DNA of 27,431 nucleotides from Gemmatimonadales bacterium. GTDB lineage: Bacteria > Gemmatimonadota > Gemmatimonadetes > Gemmatimonadales > GWC2-71-9. The notes under the pieces are model-generated. The model worked only from the letters and a program-made list of their open reading frames with translations, was not told the DNA's origin and ran no database searches. The DNA lies in contig JBFGJG010000052.1 of assembly GCA_041577295.1 (NCBI GenBank), positions 1 through 27,431 of the forward strand. The letters are read 5' to 3'. A program made the position numbers and the translations under genes. Positions 25,539-27,431 of this stretch are shown piece by piece; positions within the stretch are counted from its first letter, which is position 1, and every line of letters starts with the position of its first letter.

Positions 25539-27431
25539 CTAGGGCCGTCCGCCCCCCTCCTCAGCGGCGGCTTTCGCCTGCTCGCCACCCCACTGATCGT
25601 ACCACTTCATCATGTAGAGCAGCGTTCGCATGTTGTTCGAGGGTTTGGATCCGGTCCCGTGGTATTCCTCCTGGAAGCGGAGCAGCTTGGTCGGCACCCC
25701 ACGCATCTTGAGTGCCACGTAGAGCTCCTCGGACTGTGGCATAGGGGTCCGCAGATCCAGCTCGCCCGTCATGATGAGCGTGGGCGTCGTCACGTTTCCT
25801 ACGTACATGAGGGATGACTGCTCGAGCCATGGCTGAGGATCTTCCCAAAACGGTTTGTGGAAGAAGCTGTGTGTAAAGAACGGGATGTCGGACTGGCCGG
25901 CCATGCTCATCCAGTTCATGACCGGACAACGCACCGCCGCTGCCGCGAAACGTGTGGTATGGCCGATCACCCAGCTCGACAGCACGCCACCACCCGAGCA
26001 GCCGCCGACGTACATGCGCGTCGTGTCCACGATCCCTTTCGCGATGGCGGCATCGACGCCGGCCATGAGGTCATCGTAATCGACGCCGGGGTAGCGAAAG
26101 TCGATCGCCTTGGAGAACATCTCGCCGTAGCCAGTGGAGCCGCGCGGGTTCGTGTACAGCAGAAGGTAGCCGTTCGCAGCGAACGTTTGGTATCTGAAGT
26201 CAAATGACACGGTGTACATGGAGAACGGCCCACCATGGATCTCCATGATCATGGGGTACTTTTGCGAGGGATCGAACCCAGGCGGACGGACGAGCCATCC
26301 CTGCACACGCGTCCCGTCGCTCGAGGTGTACCACAACTCCTCGACGTCACCGAGGCGCTTGTTCGCCAGCAAGTCTCCGTTCACGTCGGTCAGTTGCGTG
26401 GTCGCCCCGCCACGCCGGAGGCTGAGCCTTACGACATCGCCGGGTTCATCGAAATCGGTTCGCACGCCTACGGCGGTCAGATCGCGGTCGTTGGCGATCG
26501 ATTCGAGCGAGAGCATTTGCACTTCGTCGGTGACCCTGCGTACGTCCCCTCGGAGCGGCACGAAGCGGATGTTTGCAGTGCCGTGGTGCCGCACGCTCGC
26601 GTAAACCCCGCTACCGTCTGGAGCCCAGTGCACGTCGCTGAGTGGTCGGTCGAGCGTCGGTGCCAGCTGCCGCATGCCGCTCCCGTCCATCCCGATCACC
26701 CACAGTCGCTCGAGCGCGTAGGTGTCCGAGGTCGTGGGGAAGCCAATGAAAGCGATACTGCGCCCGTCGGGAGAGACGGCGGGATCGGCCCAGAGCCCAG
26801 GCTCGCTCGTGATTTGCTGGATTGCTCCGGTCGCAACCGAGACGCGATACAGGTGCGAGCGATCGTACACGGCGTCCCACGACTCGTCCTTGACGCCCTC
26901 GAACACGAGCGCCGTACCGTCGGGTGTCCAATCGTAGGTCGCGTTGGCCGGCGGGCCCTCGAAGATCGAGCCCACCGTCCACTCGCCACTCGTGATCTGT
27001 CGCGGTGTCCCACCATCGGCCGTGACCACGAAGAGGTGAAGGAAGCCGTGCTCGGTGAAACCACGGCGGTCGAATCGATAGTGGAGATCCTCCACGACCC
27101 GTGGTTCTTTGGTCCACTTGGCGCCTTCCGGCGGCTCGGGCATGCCGATCTCCCACGTTCTCTCGTGGGGAACGAAGGCGACGAATGCGATGGAGCGGCC
27201 ATCGGGCGACCACTGCGGGTTGGTTGGGCTCTTCAAAAGCCGCGTGATCTGCGACGTCGCGCCCTCGGCGTCCATCCACCGCACGAAGATCTGATTGTCC
27301 TTTGGTTCGCCCTCAGCGAGGTAGAGGATGCGGGTGCCGTCCGGTGACCACCGCGCACTCGATCCCTTCACCAGAAATCGGTTCTTCGATCCGTCGGCGT
27401 TCATGATCCACAGTGCTGATTCCCACTTGTC
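25539..27431 (-). CDS. S9-family peptidase (acylaminoacyl/dipeptidyl peptidase-like), 5' end outside the window
   Basis: WSPDG beta-propeller repeats, IHGGP, NPRGSTGYG, nucleophile GCSGGG, DLRTP and EYHG. The frame is open to the window edge (DKWESALWI-MNADG). Confidence 0.95.
   Translation of the reverse strand, partial: DKWESALWIMNADGSKNRFLVKGSSARWSPDGTRILYLAEGEPKDNQIFVRWMDAEGATSQITRLLKSPTNPQWSPDGRSIAFVAFVPHERTWEIGMPEPPEGAKWTKEPRVVEDLHYRFDRRGFTEHGFLHLFVVTADGGTPRQITSGEWTVGSIFEGPPANATYDWTPDGTALVFEGVKDESWDAVYDRSHLYRVSVATGAIQQITSEPGLWADPAVSPDGRSIAFIGFPTTSDTYALERLWVIGMDGSGMRQLAPTLDRPLSDVHWAPDGSGVYASVRHHGTANIRFVPLRGDVRRVTDEVQMLSLESIANDRDLTAVGVRTDFDEPGDVVRLSLRRGGATTQLTDVNGDLLANKRLGDVEELWYTSSDGTRVQGWLVRPPGFDPSQKYPMIMEIHGGPFSMYTVSFDFRYQTFAANGYLLLYTNPRGSTGYGEMFSKAIDFRYPGVDYDDLMAGVDAAIAKGIVDTTRMYVGGCSGGGVLSSWVIGHTTRFAAAAVRCPVMNWMSMAGQSDIPFFTHSFFHKPFWEDPQPWLEQSSLMYVGNVTTPTLIMTGELDLRTPMPQSEELYVALKMRGVPTKLLRFQEEYHGTGSKPSNNMRTLLYMMKWYDQWGGEQAKAAAEEGGGRP

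Noticed and set aside
26235..27347. 370-aa antisense ORF opposite the S9 peptidase
   Set aside because: Antisense mirror explained by codon bias; no recognisable domain.

Overview
This is GC-rich bacterial DNA; gene content and style suggest Gemmatimonadota, but that is inference only. From left to right it holds an aryl-sulfate sulfotransferase-family lipoprotein, an MsbA-like ABC exporter and hflX. Next is a ~17 kb Wzx/Wzy-type surface-polysaccharide locus with nine GT-B/GT4 glycosyltransferases, three methyltransferases, a flippase, a Wzy/WaaL-like membrane protein and a WecA-like initiator. It ends with a DUF2279/YfiM-like protein, a small outer-membrane beta-barrel, a 51-aa ORF missing from the ORF track, an ECF sigma/zf-HC2 anti-sigma pair and a 5'-truncated S9 peptidase. 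I saw no rRNA, tRNA, CRISPR array or transposase. The most notable unexplained structures are: (i) recurring intergenic elements made of purine-rich 7- or 9-mer tandem arrays followed by their inverted pyrimidine-rich copies, often overlapping gene ends; (ii) three ECF-type promoter motifs next to the ECF sigma gene, one preceding the small membrane ORF; (iii) a probable in-frame internal start (SD + ATG + lipoprotein-like signal) inside the anti-sigma gene. All calls come from reading motifs by eye; no database searches were run.
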